Positions 1 through 11,050 of a stretch of DNA of 64,000 nt are shown one piece after another. This DNA is from Diplonema japonicum (Eukaryota > Protista > Euglenozoa: Diplonemea). The first letter of the stretch is position 1. Each line of letters opens with the position of its first letter. The position numbers and the translations under genes were made by a program. The notes under the pieces were generated by a model. It saw only the letters and a list, made by a program, of their open reading frames with translations. It was not told the DNA's origin and did no database searches. The stretch is from positions 620,001 to 684,000 of the forward strand of contig OZ025665.1 in NCBI GenBank assembly GCA_964019335.1. The letters run 5' to 3'.

Positions 1-92
1 CCCATGGACACTGTCTCGAGTTCATCATCATTTTCATCGTCGTCGTCTTCTCTGTTCGATAGGTCCTTCTGCTTGCTGGACTTACATCCCAT
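1..92 (-). CDS. 5' end of a gene running off the window: MGCKSSKQKDLSNREDDDDENDDELETVSMG..., likely N-myristoylated/palmitoylated protein
   Basis: Manual translation from ATG at 92, open to window edge; MGCxSSK dual-acylation motif; same strand as all other genes. Confidence 0.6.
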   Translation of the reverse strand, partial: MGCKSSKQKDLSNREDDDDENDDELETVSM

Positions 93-304
93 TATTTCTC
101 CCCTTTTTTCTGGGGGGGGGGGGAACTTTTTTTTTTGACATTTTCAGGGAAAAAAAAAAAAAAAAAAAAAAAAAAACGAAGAGAGCCACACCGGGTAGCC
201 TCGAAAGAAAGGAACAAAAAAAAAAAAAAAATAGACGAAAACGTTGCTACTGCACACTTTTTTTTTTTTCTTCTCTTTTTTTTTTTTCTTCTTCTTCACA
301 ACTA

Positions 305-1786
305 TCACAAAGCTTTGTTTGCGAGGTACTGCCTAATCATGTAAAGGGTTTCACGGGGCTTGTAGCGAGGCGCCATGTGGCCGGCCCCACGTACGGTGGC
401 GAAGGTGAAGTTGTTGGTAGTGTAAGTAGTGACGTACCCAGTGTACGGGATGGTACCAGGAGCGTTCCAAGGGTGCCAGTTGTCAGCGACAGTAAGGTTC
501 ATGGAGTCGATCCAGCGCTGCGTGCCAACGTAAGGTACGCACGGGTCAGAGTCCCCGGAGTACTGAAGAATCCTGAAGTTCTTGATAAGAGTGGCCCTGT
601 ATGTATCCACAAGTGAGTCCTCGCTGTGCGTGTAGTAGAGAGGTTGGAAGAAGTTGAACGAGGTCTTGCCAATGAGCTTCACATGCAGAGCATCCTGTAC
701 CTCTTTGACGTTCAGCCACACATTGGTCGCGCGTTCCTGTCCACAAGCATACTCACCAGAGTTCAGGTCATATGCAGAACGAAGCCCTTTCCTTTGCAAC
801 GCAGTCTCCCTGTCGGGTGCGTCCTTCGAACCCTTACCGTTCAGCGCCATGAGGTCTGGCTGGCAGTTGTCATACAAGAAGTAACCCCCGCCCATGTTAT
901 AGGTGTCGCCTGCTTCCCACATCACAGGGCGGATCGGATCACCAAGGAGCGATTTGCACGGTTCAGGCGGGGCTTCAAATGTTCCCCAATGCCCTTTACA
1001 AGCTTCATTAATCTTCTTGTAGGTAGCATCCTTGATCATCCCATGCCCGAAGAGGAAATCGACAGATGTCTTGGTCCCGATCCAGCCACTGTATGGCGTG
1101 CAGGTTTCAACCTTGTTCCCCGGACAGTCGTTGCCCAGGGCGAAGCCTTTAAGGGACCACGGGGCGGTGTTCCTGTTCGCATCGGTACGGTGCGAGAGGA
1201 TCTGCAAAGCAGCGGTGGGGATGAGAACCCCGGCATAGCTTTCCCCAACCATGAAGAACTCGTTCGACGCAAGCTCGGGGTACGCCTTGAAGAAGTTCAC
1301 CATAAAGTTGTAGTTCACAACCGCCTGTGTTGAGTCGGTCCATGTACAGTTTTCTGTGCAGTACGAGAAGCCTGTCGGTGCAGGGTGCTCTACGTATAAG
1401 ACGTTCGCAGGAACAGTGTGCCAGCTGTTAGGGTTCAGGAAGACAGTAGGAATGCCCGACTTGGCGTACTCTTCGGTGTTGAACGAATCGTCATTCAACG
1501 TCAGCGGGCCGTGTTCTGTGAAGAGGCCCATCAGTGAGCTAGAGCCGGGGCCGCCGTTGTTCCACAGAATTGTCGGGGCCTTTGGGTCTTTGGCGCTGTT
1601 CTCCACCAGATAGTAGTGGAAGAAAGCGTCACCTCCAGCGGGGACCTCCGCCTTAATGTACCCGCTCCAGTGTCTAGTCGGTAGCTCCCCTTGCAGCCCC
1701 GGAACATTCGTCACCCTGTCGCCAGGAACCTCACCCATGGCGCACCCCACCGCACACCCGAACAGCAGTAGCGCTGTCTTTTTCAT
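305..1786 (-). CDS. Serine carboxypeptidase (peptidase S10), secreted/lysosomal
   Basis: Signal peptide MKKTALLLFGCAVG (ATG 1786, after an A-run); motifs WNNGGPGSSS, GESYAG, YSGDSD, GAGHMAP. Confidence 0.93.
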   Translation of the reverse strand: MKKTALLLFGCAVGCAMGEVPGDRVTNVPGLQGELPTRHWSGYIKAEVPAGGDAFFHYYLVENSAKDPKAPTILWNNGGPGSSSLMGLFTEHGPLTLNDDSFNTEEYAKSGIPTVFLNPNSWHTVPANVLYVEHPAPTGFSYCTENCTWTDSTQAVVNYNFMVNFFKAYPELASNEFFMVGESYAGVLIPTAALQILSHRTDANRNTAPWSLKGFALGNDCPGNKVETCTPYSGWIGTKTSVDFLFGHGMIKDATYKKINEACKGHWGTFEAPPEPCKSLLGDPIRPVMWEAGDTYNMGGGYFLYDNCQPDLMALNGKGSKDAPDRETALQRKGLRSAYDLNSGEYACGQERATNVWLNVKEVQDALHVKLIGKTSFNFFQPLYYTHSEDSLVDTYRATLIKNFRILQYSGDSDPCVPYVGTQRWIDSMNLTVADNWHPWNAPGTIPYTGYVTTYTTNNFTFATVRGAGHMAPRYKPRETLYMIRQYLANKAL

Positions 1787-2031
1787 TTTTTTTTTTTTGT
1801 TCTTCGACCTCCCTCCTCCTGTGTTTGCGTGATGTTTTGAAAAGTATTCAAAAAAAAATTTTTTTTTTTGCAATAAACATACAACGAGGGGTGGGGGGAC
1901 AGGGGGGGCAAGACCATTTTTCATGGACACTTGAAAGAGAAGATCAAACAAAAGGAAGCTGGTTTTAACGATTAGAAGAAACGAAGAAGGAAAAAAGAAA
2001 AAAAAAAAAGATTAGAGCAAGAGAAACGAAA

Positions 2032-5000
2032 CTAACTCAGCTCGCCCGTACCGCTTGCCAAAGGGTTGGTGCCCGACGGTGTGGTCTCGGTGTCCGACAG
2101 AGACGACGGTTCAGGGACCGTTCGGGAAGGGGTAGATAAAAATCTGGGCGGAGGGGTGTTGGTGCTTGAGAAGAATAGGGTGTGGTAAGCCTTCGTGAAC
2201 TCCACCTCGTCCAGATACCCATCACCATCCTCATCGAACGAACGGAATGCCGCATCGATCGCCTGAGGCTCTGTGGAGACGGAGGGATACGTCCGAGCAG
2301 CATTGCGGAGCAGGGTTGCAAACCCATCTTTCGCAACACCCATCTGCAAACCTTCATCGAGCTCAACCAGTGCTTTGTAGTCATTCTGGATCATCTCTGA
2401 CTCACGCGCGGTGACACCAAACCCTTGAAGCCAGCATTTTGCCGCCGCTTCCCTCGCCGTTTGGGAGAACAGCCGCAGCAGCTCATCAAACCCAATCACA
2501 CCTTTATTTTCAATATCGAGCTCAACCATAAATTTCCGCAAGGCTTCTTCTGTCGGTGGGTGTTCGTACAGTACTGAGTACAACTGCGCGCATGCCACGC
2601 CTGACAAATCTCCTTTCGCGTTTTTTTCAAGCAGCTGGTAATGTTGCCGGACGGCCTCGATGCCGTCGGGGGTCAGCCCGTCGCGCATTTTCTTCCGTCG
2701 CTGGGCGCGTCGGGCGAACGGGACGCAGAATTCCGTGAAACTGATGACACCGGAGCTGTTCTTCAAGGTCTTTGTGGTGAAGTCTTGAACTTCTTGAACG
2801 GTTCCAGGCACACCGTGATAACATTGGTACATCGAGTAGAACTCCTTATCTGTCGTTAGGACAGAGTCGTTACCGGTGTTGACAATGCTGAACTCCCTTC
2901 GGAGAGCCTGGACCTCGGTGTCGCCCAACACGGACCGGACAAGCCCTGCTCGTTCCTGTTTTAGATTCTTGTAGGGCTTCGCAAAATCTTCAAATGAGAC
3001 CCTTCCGGTTCTCGAAGGGTCCATGACCCCGACAAACCAGTCTAGCTCCTCCTCAACAGGGGTTCTACAGAACAACACGAAAAACCATTCCCGAAACTGT
3101 TGTCGGGAGGTGAGCACACCGGTATTTCTGTCGAGTTTTTTAAACTCCCTTCGTAGGTATGAAACTTCACCCGGGACAATGCTTCCTGCGATCTGCGGGT
3201 CGGCTAGTAACATCTTCCTGCAGCCCGGTCTAGCAGGAGCTGAAGAGTATCTATGGTCAAAGGGTTGGTACACCGCAACAAACTCCTCGAACGAGATTTT
3301 CCCGTCGCCGTCAACATCGATGGCGCTTTTAGCGGTTTCTATGTCGGTGTCAGTTGGGGCTTCACCCAAGGCGATCTCCCAGAATAGCATAGCTTCGTCT
3401 TTGTCAAGAGCGCCGCTTCCATCTTTGTCGGCTTTGTTGAACTCGATTCGCAACGCTGCGATCTCTTCGTCGGTCAACGGGGTGGATTGCACCATTCCTT
3501 CTTCATCATCGGACTCGTCCAAATCAAGTGTTGAGAGGCCGAGAAGACGATGTCTTCTTCTTCTTTGCATTTCCGTTCGCTTTGTTAACACTGCCATCAC
3601 GATTGTTAAAAGCCCTGCCACAACAGCGAGTAAGACCACCGTGACGGCGAGAAGAACGCCTCCCGCGGGTTTGAAATTTCTATCGATAAAAGTTTCCAGT
3701 TTTGTATAGCACGAGTCGGGATATCTGTTGGACAATTCGCAGTTTTTCGGGCAGAACGACGGTAGTGAGGCACCGCCTCCTAGCGACGAACAAGATTGAA
3801 GAAACCCACTGCAATGAGCATACGCTTGGAACGCACATACATCTGACGGATTGTCGTCCACAGCAGAGTCCCACTCTGACGACAAATCACCCCTTAACGA
3901 TGGGGAATCGATGTTCCTTGCTGTCCACAACAAAAGACAACCAAGAAGAAGCGTTCCAATGCTTAGAACCATCGTCAGCATGCTGCATATAAGTATCCAG
4001 GGAACAACACGCAGAACTATAGAAGCCAAGAGAAACAAGGACAGCAACATTACAAACCCGGACAGAACGATCCACCCGAGCATAAGACTCTTCCCGAATA
4101 TCTTCGACTGCTCGTAGTAGTAAAACCCCACTGTAACGGAACAGATGCTTCCGATCATAACGACGGCCGTGGAGGCGGTCAGGAACTTTTGCAAGGTTTG
4201 CATGTTGTCGGACAGTATAACAACCTCAAGGATTTTTCGTTTTCTCCACCTCAATACGAACCCGGCAGCGCAGGCGATTGTGAAGACACCAGCACAGAGG
4301 ATGATGCCGCCTACAAGCAAGGTATACCCCCATGTCACACCAACAGAATCTTTTTGAGACGTGTCGATTGTTTTCAATGTGATTTTATTGGCGTTTGAAC
4401 AGTTTCTTGATGTGATCGGGTCTTCACAGACCGAGCAGTGCGGAGGGTCCTGCCACCCTGGACCCGCGCAGATTTTGGTCGCGCAGTTGATCGGTTTATC
4501 AAGAACCCTTCTGATGGTAAATGTTGACTTTGATTTCATGTTTTCTGTTTTCTCCAACACCATGGGTGTCAGATCGTCCACAGTAACCGTCACAACATGT
4601 TCGCCGAGAACAGGAAAATCGCTTCCGCTCACATCGTAGTAAGGTTGTGATATTTCATCAGGGGTGTTGATTTTTCTGCTGGTGGGTGCGTTCCACGTGA
4701 CACTTACATCGCTGTTCTCAACGAAATTAGACATCACTCGCAGCCGTACCGTGTCGGTTATGGTGAGATACACAACTTCGTAAGGCGGCGGGCAACGTTG
4801 TGCCGCAGTTTCAATCGGTTTCCGGTAAAGCGATTTCACCATGGCTTCCTTGCACACCGCACACATCCTTGGGTAAGACGTTCCCATGATACACGATTCG
4901 GAAGGTTTGTAGTAATTCGTGTAACCGCAGGGTTGAACAGGGTTCTTGTCGGCCAATCCAAGATCAGCCCATGCAACGAATTTTTTAGGGTCCGGCGAAC

Positions 5001-5850
5001 AGTTCGGGATGTTTAAATCCCTCGATTCTTCTACATTGTAAGAGTATTCATCTCCAAGCCCGCCGAAAGCGTGCCCCACCTCGTGGATCATCAACAATGG
5101 AAGGTCCTCACCATTGTACATAACTGCAACGCCTGTAGTGGTATTTCCAGGAGGACCAGGGTCACCTGTTCCACCATAAATATCGTCGTTGACGAGGACT
5201 ATGTATAAATCTGTCTGTGGTGCGTAGGAGCCCACTGTTAAAACGGTTGCCCAGTCGCATTGTAGCATTTTGACTTCGGGTGTGCCGTACCGGCATTGAA
5301 GATTGTTTGAGGTTGATTTGGGAAAAGCGCCTGATTCCGTGCTTTCTTCAAACAAACTGTACAGGTTTAAGGACGGGAAGTATCTCGGCCACGGTGCGGC
5401 GTCAAGATGTAGAGAATCCGGGTTTGAATTTTGCAGCGTTCGCCAGGCACGTGCCACGTCATTGTTGAAAAGCGTTTCTTCGTTCTTTGTGTAGCCGGAC
5501 GAGATGAATGTAATGGTAATATGACGCTCAACACTGCCCACTTCTTGAAGGGTTTTTAGTTTAGGTGTTGATTCTTGTTGAATTGACGATTGACGGGGTG
5601 GGGGTAGGATGGAGCCGTTGAGGTGTAGGTGTTCCCCTTCTGGTAGCCATGCTGGGAGGTATCGGTCGGTTCTTGCTGGTCGCAGGTTGTATGTTGAGGT
5701 TTGTTGTGCTTGTGTCATGCAGTTTGATCTGGGCACCCTTCGCTGTTTTACGATAGCTTTTTCTACGGTGTCCACCAATGCCCATACACATCCCTTTTCT
5801 GAGGGAATTTCATGGGATGAAAGTAACAATACTACGATCAGTGTAATCAT
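2032..5850 (-). CDS. Multidomain membrane protein: M64 (IgA-peptidase-like) zinc metalloprotease + TM + tetraspanin-like 4TM module + multiple EF-hands
   Basis: 1272-aa ORF; signal peptide; ISSGYT, HEVGHAFGGLGDEY, SCIM..MCAVCKE; five hydrophobic helices with a Cys-rich loop (FQAYAHCSGF...SCYTKL); EF loops DKDGSGALDKDE, DVDGDGKISFEE, DPSRTGRVSFED, DIENKGVIGFDE, DEDGDGYLDEVE. Confidence 0.8.
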   Translation of the reverse strand: MITLIVVLLLSSHEIPSEKGCVWALVDTVEKAIVKQRRVPRSNCMTQAQQTSTYNLRPARTDRYLPAWLPEGEHLHLNGSILPPPRQSSIQQESTPKLKTLQEVGSVERHITITFISSGYTKNEETLFNNDVARAWRTLQNSNPDSLHLDAAPWPRYFPSLNLYSLFEESTESGAFPKSTSNNLQCRYGTPEVKMLQCDWATVLTVGSYAPQTDLYIVLVNDDIYGGTGDPGPPGNTTTGVAVMYNGEDLPLLMIHEVGHAFGGLGDEYSYNVEESRDLNIPNCSPDPKKFVAWADLGLADKNPVQPCGYTNYYKPSESCIMGTSYPRMCAVCKEAMVKSLYRKPIETAAQRCPPPYEVVYLTITDTVRLRVMSNFVENSDVSVTWNAPTSRKINTPDEISQPYYDVSGSDFPVLGEHVVTVTVDDLTPMVLEKTENMKSKSTFTIRRVLDKPINCATKICAGPGWQDPPHCSVCEDPITSRNCSNANKITLKTIDTSQKDSVGVTWGYTLLVGGIILCAGVFTIACAAGFVLRWRKRKILEVVILSDNMQTLQKFLTASTAVVMIGSICSVTVGFYYYEQSKIFGKSLMLGWIVLSGFVMLLSLFLLASIVLRVVPWILICSMLTMVLSIGTLLLGCLLLWTARNIDSPSLRGDLSSEWDSAVDDNPSDVCAFQAYAHCSGFLQSCSSLGGGASLPSFCPKNCELSNRYPDSCYTKLETFIDRNFKPAGGVLLAVTVVLLAVVAGLLTIVMAVLTKRTEMQRRRRHRLLGLSTLDLDESDDEEGMVQSTPLTDEEIAALRIEFNKADKDGSGALDKDEAMLFWEIALGEAPTDTDIETAKSAIDVDGDGKISFEEFVAVYQPFDHRYSSAPARPGCRKMLLADPQIAGSIVPGEVSYLRREFKKLDRNTGVLTSRQQFREWFFVLFCRTPVEEELDWFVGVMDPSRTGRVSFEDFAKPYKNLKQERAGLVRSVLGDTEVQALRREFSIVNTGNDSVLTTDKEFYSMYQCYHGVPGTVQEVQDFTTKTLKNSSGVISFTEFCVPFARRAQRRKKMRDGLTPDGIEAVRQHYQLLEKNAKGDLSGVACAQLYSVLYEHPPTEEALRKFMVELDIENKGVIGFDELLRLFSQTAREAAAKCWLQGFGVTARESEMIQNDYKALVELDEGLQMGVAKDGFATLLRNAARTYPSVSTEPQAIDAAFRSFDEDGDGYLDEVEFTKAYHTLFFSSTNTPPPRFLSTPSRTVPEPSSLSDTETTPSGTNPLASGTGELS

Positions 5851-7910
5851 TTTTTTTTCTTTTTTTTACATTACAGTTTCGTTGCCCTCCTGAGGTTTAT
5901 GTTTTTCCCCCCCCCCCCTCCAATTTTTTTGACGGAAAAAAAAAAAGAGAAAAATAAAGGAAGGGAAAAGAAGAAAAAAAAAATGGAAACGTGATAGAGT
6001 AAAAAGAAAGGGAGAAAAAAAAATAAAAAGAGAGGGAATAAGGGAAAAGAAGAAATAAAAAATATATATAAAAAAAAAGCTCAAAAGGAGGGGGAAAAAA
6101 AAATTCCCAGTCGTTTGAGGTATAAAAAAGTATAAAAAGAGAAGGGTGTGTGTTTAAAATATTTGTGAATTGTAGTAGGTGAAAGCATCCAAGCCTATGT
6201 TCCCCCCCCCCCCCCCCCCCCCTGCTCCCCTGACTGCTGAAGGACGTATTTCTACATTTTCAAATCTACATTTTCCATGAAGAGCAGTGGGGTTGGGGGG
6301 GGGGGGGGGGGAGTCTTGGATTTCGTTCAAGCCAGAATTCTTTTTTTTTTACCCAAAGAAGTTATACTTGGTTACTTGGGCAACCAAAGAGTGAAGGAGT
6401 GAAAAAAAAAAAAAAAAAAGAAGCCAGTATAAAAAGAATAAATCATCAGGTTTTTGTTCTCTCTTTTTTTTAATTTTTTTTTTAAGTGCTTGCGTTCTAT
6501 TTGGTCTATTGGCATCGAAAGGCAATATGAAGTTTGCATGACAGCAAAAAGAATTTTTTTTTTCCTGCCTTCGATTTGGTTTACCGTATCCTTCTCCTCA
6601 GAGAATCAAAATTCAAAATATTCCTTTTTTTTTAAAAGTTGTTAAATAATCAAAGGTCTTGACTTTAAAAACTTAATTTCCTTTTTCAAAATACGGCAGT
6701 TTTTTTCTTTCTTTTACTTCTTTCTTATTTTTATTTTTTTTTTTCCAGAAAAAAAAGAACAAAGGAGGGGGGGTATAAAAAAGGGGGATGCTTTTAATAT
6801 GGAAGTACAAAAAAAAAAGAGGAAATCACTAAAGGAGAGAAAATAAAAATAAAGGGGGAAATATAAAAAAAAAAAAAAAGAAAGGGGGGAAAAATAGTTT
6901 TTCCCCCATTGTTAAAAAAAAGAAATTTTTAAAATCTTAGTTGTAAGAGGGAGCAGGTGGAGAAGCAAAATAAAATAAAAAAAAAAAAAAAAAAAGAAGA
7001 AACCATTGGGTCTTCAAGAAGTACGAACTTTAAGCGTTTTTTTTTTTTCCTCTTTTTTTTTTCTTTTGATTATACTAGCAAGTGTTTTTCATCATAAAAA
7101 AAAACAAGTTGTTATGTATAGGTTTTTCTTTCTCTTTTTTTTCCCTCTTTTTTTTTCTTCTCCAATTGAAAAGGGGAGAAGAAGAAGAAGAAGAAGAGAA
7201 GAAAAAAAAAAAAAAAACAAAAACAAAAAAACGAAGAAGCCTTTACCATCACGGGCACCGAGGACACCGTGTCCTTAAGAAATTCATGACTTCCCCTCGG
7301 CCTTCTTTAAAATGTTATGTTTCACACCTTTCTGTCAAAGAGGGGCCTTGCTGTTCGGGAAGGGAGGGGGGAGTAATGGGATTCTAAAACACTTTTTTTT
7401 AAAAGGTGTTTCCCCCACATTTTTTTTTTTTTTTCCTGTTTCTTTCTAGGAACGTAAAGGTATAAAGATACAAAAAAAAAAGAAGAAAAAAAAAAGGGCT
7501 AATCATTAGCACCCTTTTTTCCCTTTTTTTTTCCCCTCCCCCTCTCTTTAAAGCCAATGCCCGAACCTGACCCACTCATAGTGATTTACACCTTATATTC
7601 TCTAAAACCAGTTATTGCCAGAAAAAATCGTTTTTTTTTTCTTTTTTTTTCTTTTTCTTTTTTCCCTCTCTCTGAATGATTTAAAATGCTATCCTAAATG
7701 AAAAGCCAAGGTTTTTTTTTTTTTCAAAAAAGATTTTTATTTATTTTTTTTTCATTTAGATTTTGTGGGTTTAGAGATATGGGGTGTTAAAGAACTTCAC
7801 TCTGATGGGGAGGGGGGGGGGCAAAAAGAAAAATTGTATTTTTTTTCCCCCACTCTTCTGAAATTGCTCCACGGCTACGGACAATATGGTATTCTTTTTG
7901 GGGGGAATAG

Positions 7911-7945
<35 letters not shown>

Positions 7946-8481
7946 AAAGGTCAATCCACCAGTTCATGCATTTGAACGGGGTACGCAAAAGAAAGCATGT
8001 ATAATTATAAGAAAAAGAAAGAAGAGGCTGATTAGAATAAAAAAAAGCCGTTCCATCCCTACCTGAACCTCTCATTTACGAGACTTTTTTTCCTTGCCGA
8101 CATTTTTTTTTTTTTTTTTTTTAAAGGATAAGCCTATGTGTCAAAAAAAAAAAAAAAAAAAAAAAAAAAACATTAATTTGGTGCGGGAGGGCAGGTTTTT
8201 CAGAGGGCATCAAGGAAGGGTGAGGGAAGAACTGCGTTTAGATATGCAACTACTTTCTTTTTAATACAAAAAAAAAAGTTCACCCACACCAAAATAAAAA
8301 AGGGGGGGTAGTAATTCATCCAGTTCCTAGTACCTTACAAAAAGACGAATAAAACAGATGAAAGCTTCTGCATTCTTTTATGGGTACTAAGTGAATTACC
8401 CCCCCCCCCCGAGAAAAAACAACTACAGTCACCCTTTTTTTTTCTCTTTTTTTTTCTACGTTCATCCTGAGATTAAACTAG
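5851..8481. repeat. Low-complexity intergenic region rich in A/T/G/C homopolymers
   Basis: Numerous 10-30 nt mononucleotide runs; ORFs are only poly-K/F/P/G. Confidence 0.85.
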
Positions 8482-8681
8482 NNNNNNNNNNNNNNNNNNN
8501 NNNNNNNNNNNNNNNNNNNNNNNNNNNNNNNNNNNNNNNNNNNNNNNNNNNNNNNNNNNNNNNNNNNNNNNNNNNNNNNNNNNNNNNNNNNNNNNNNNNN
8601 NNNNNNNNNNNNNNNNNNNNNNNNNNNNNNNNNNNNNNNNNNNNNNNNNNNNNNNNNNNNNNNNNNNNNNNNNNNNNNNNN
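8482..8681. other. Assembly gap (200 N)
   Basis: Run of N. Confidence 1.
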
Positions 8682-8831
8682 CGACGCTCCACTATGTGTA
8701 TTTTCTTTTTCTTTTTTTTAAAAAAAAAAAGGAAAACATACATTGGTGTCATAAGAGCTCCTCTGCTATAAAGAGAAACATGTTCAGACATCTGTTGGGG
8801 TTCGTCGGTGTCCTCACGGTTCAATAACGTA

Positions 8832-8868
<37 letters not shown>

Positions 8869-10629
8869 CTTTCTCCTCAAATTCCTCACACCTACTAACG
8901 CGTCAACATTCAATCCTTCGTCTTGTTCCTTTTCTTCAACAGATTTGCAGTGATCGGCAGGCGGGCCCAACAAAGCACTCCCCGGCAACAAGCCCAACGG
9001 GGTATAAGGCGGTTCCTGCCCAGGGGAATCGCTCGGTGAACTGTCCCACAAATCCAGCGTGTTCAATGTATCCTTCAAAACAGCTTCTGAAGACTTCCTC
9101 TTCAGCTGCACTTTGCTCGCCTGCGTGTACGACGGTGAAATAGGCGTAGAAGGAGTCTGATTAGGAACCCCAAGACAATGCCCATTCCCACTCGCACCAA
9201 GATTGCTCCCCCCGGACAGGTTCAAAAAGTAACAGTGAGTTATATCAGGAAGGGTTTTGCTGTTCGACAAAAGCTCGCGAGAAAAACAAACCGGCGGCAG
9301 GGGGATACACAAAATCGACTTTTCAGTAACCTTGTTCACATCCATCAAGCCAGCCCCACCTTTCGAGTTGGCAATAAACGATGCAAGAGCAAGCACACCG
9401 CTGAAGTAAACCCCACGTGTGGGGGACATCTTCGATCCTAGGTTTTCATATGAAAACGGGTCCACTATACAGTATGAGGTGTGGACATGGTAAGGCGGTG
9501 TTTTGAAAAGCGTTTTCCGACAAGCTGCTTCGTCGATTTGAAAATCCTGTTTTGTGGGAGGGTTTCTCGAGGGTGGCTCGTGGATGGTGACCACGGATGT
9601 ACCCCATTCAAACTTCGAAAAGTAATCAAAAAACCCCGCCAGGATGACCTTCACCTCCTCCATGTCAACATTGCTCGTCGTTACCGGAATCGCTCCCAAA
9701 TCCGCGTTCACAATGGAATTCGGTGGGATGAACACCGCCCTGTTGCACACTACCAAATAATGCGCGAGCATAACAAGCAAGCCTTCTACTGGAATGAACT
9801 GAACAATACCGTGGGCATGGCCCCAGCTTCGAAGGATCTTTGCAGTTGCTGTGTGGTGGTCGGAGGTTTGCAGGTAGGTGCGCAAAAGAACAGTTCGCCT
9901 GAAACTCGACTTGTCGGAGAATCTAAGGTGGATGGGTTGATCAGTCATGCAACCGGGCACCTTTTCAAAACAACACCCTGTAACAAACGTGTTTATCAGA
10001 AACGCCACCGCCATGGAGAGACTGGAGAATTTTATGATATTTGCCGCCTCGTCTACCGCCGTTATGGTAAGCCCCATTGCTTGGAGCCTCAATAGCTCCG
10101 ATCCGATCATGGGTGTCTGCGGTAAGCGGATTTCGAACATAGTGTTGTCCTGCTTATTGGGCGGTGCGTCGATCACCATCCCAGTGTCCGAGAGGGTAAG
10201 GTTGGCCTCGGGTATGTTGAAGGTCGCAGATATCTTTTTTCTGAATTCAGTTAATTTTTGCATCCGGAGGTTAGGATCGACGTCTTCGCTTCCCGTTAAA
10301 ATAGTCACCTCCAGGATATCTCCACCTCTCGGCAGGCCTAACATGTCTGTCCCGCCAGCAATGGCTGTCCATTCACAGGGCAAGCCTATTGTGGCCAGGC
10401 CTGCAGCTTCCATTCTCCGTTGGCCTACGGGTACGGCGGCTTCTTCTGCTGATGCGAGTATATTGTCCCATTCCCCCTCGTCCTGTTGAAGATTGAAATT
10501 TTGCTTCGAGACAGCCTCGCTGATCCCGGCCCATTCTCTCAAGACCCCTACCAGTTCATCATGCGAGTTCAACACCTCCCCCGCCATGGGCTTGGACACT
10601 ACCGCTTCGTCCAGCCCGCACCATAACAT
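8682..10629 (-). CDS. TUTase/Cid1-like nucleotidyltransferase-fold protein with PAP-associated domain, degenerate active site; 3' end runs into gap; exons 10629-8892, 8832-8742, 8691-gap
   Basis: ATG 10629 (MLWCGLDE); LLRTYL, KILRSWG, GFFDYFSKFEW, CIVDPFSYENLG resemble ncPAP/TUTase central and PAP-associated motifs; first intron joins ORF 8821-10938 in frame to ORF 8462-8824. Confidence 0.7.
8692..8741 (-). other. Cis-intron, 50 nt (TUTase-like gene)
   Basis: GTATGT...cacatAG; T/A homopolymer interior; downstream exon only 10 nt before gap. Confidence 0.6.
8833..8891 (-). other. Cis-intron, 59 nt (TUTase-like gene)
   Basis: GTGTGA...(A)nAG; removal eliminates spurious poly-Lys and restores frame (LVG-TLLNREDTD). 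Confidence 0.75.
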
Positions 10630-11050
10630 TTTTTTCCACCCCCCCTTTTTTTTTAAAATTGAGAAAAAGAAGAAAAAAGGGGGGGGGAGCCATGTAAACT
10701 TGTGGAGGGGGGGGGGGGGAGAGAAATATAACCCCGGGTTAGATTTTTTTTTTTTTACCCATTTTTTTCTTTCTTCTATTCTCACCCCCCCCCCCCCTCC
10801 CCCATTCGACACGAAGCGTGAGTTTCGTGTGCAGACAATAAATAAAATGAAAAAAAAAATCAAAACAAAAAAAAAGAGATACAAAAGAAAATAATATTGC
10901 AAAACGTTTGTTTGTTTTTTTTTTGTGTGCACCAGCAATTTTTTCTTTTTTTTTTTGTATTACAGCGGGAGGAGGAGGAGGAGGGGGGGGGGGGGGACTT
11001 CTATCTTTTTTTTTAAAAAAAAAATAGACCTCAATTTATTTTGCACCCCG

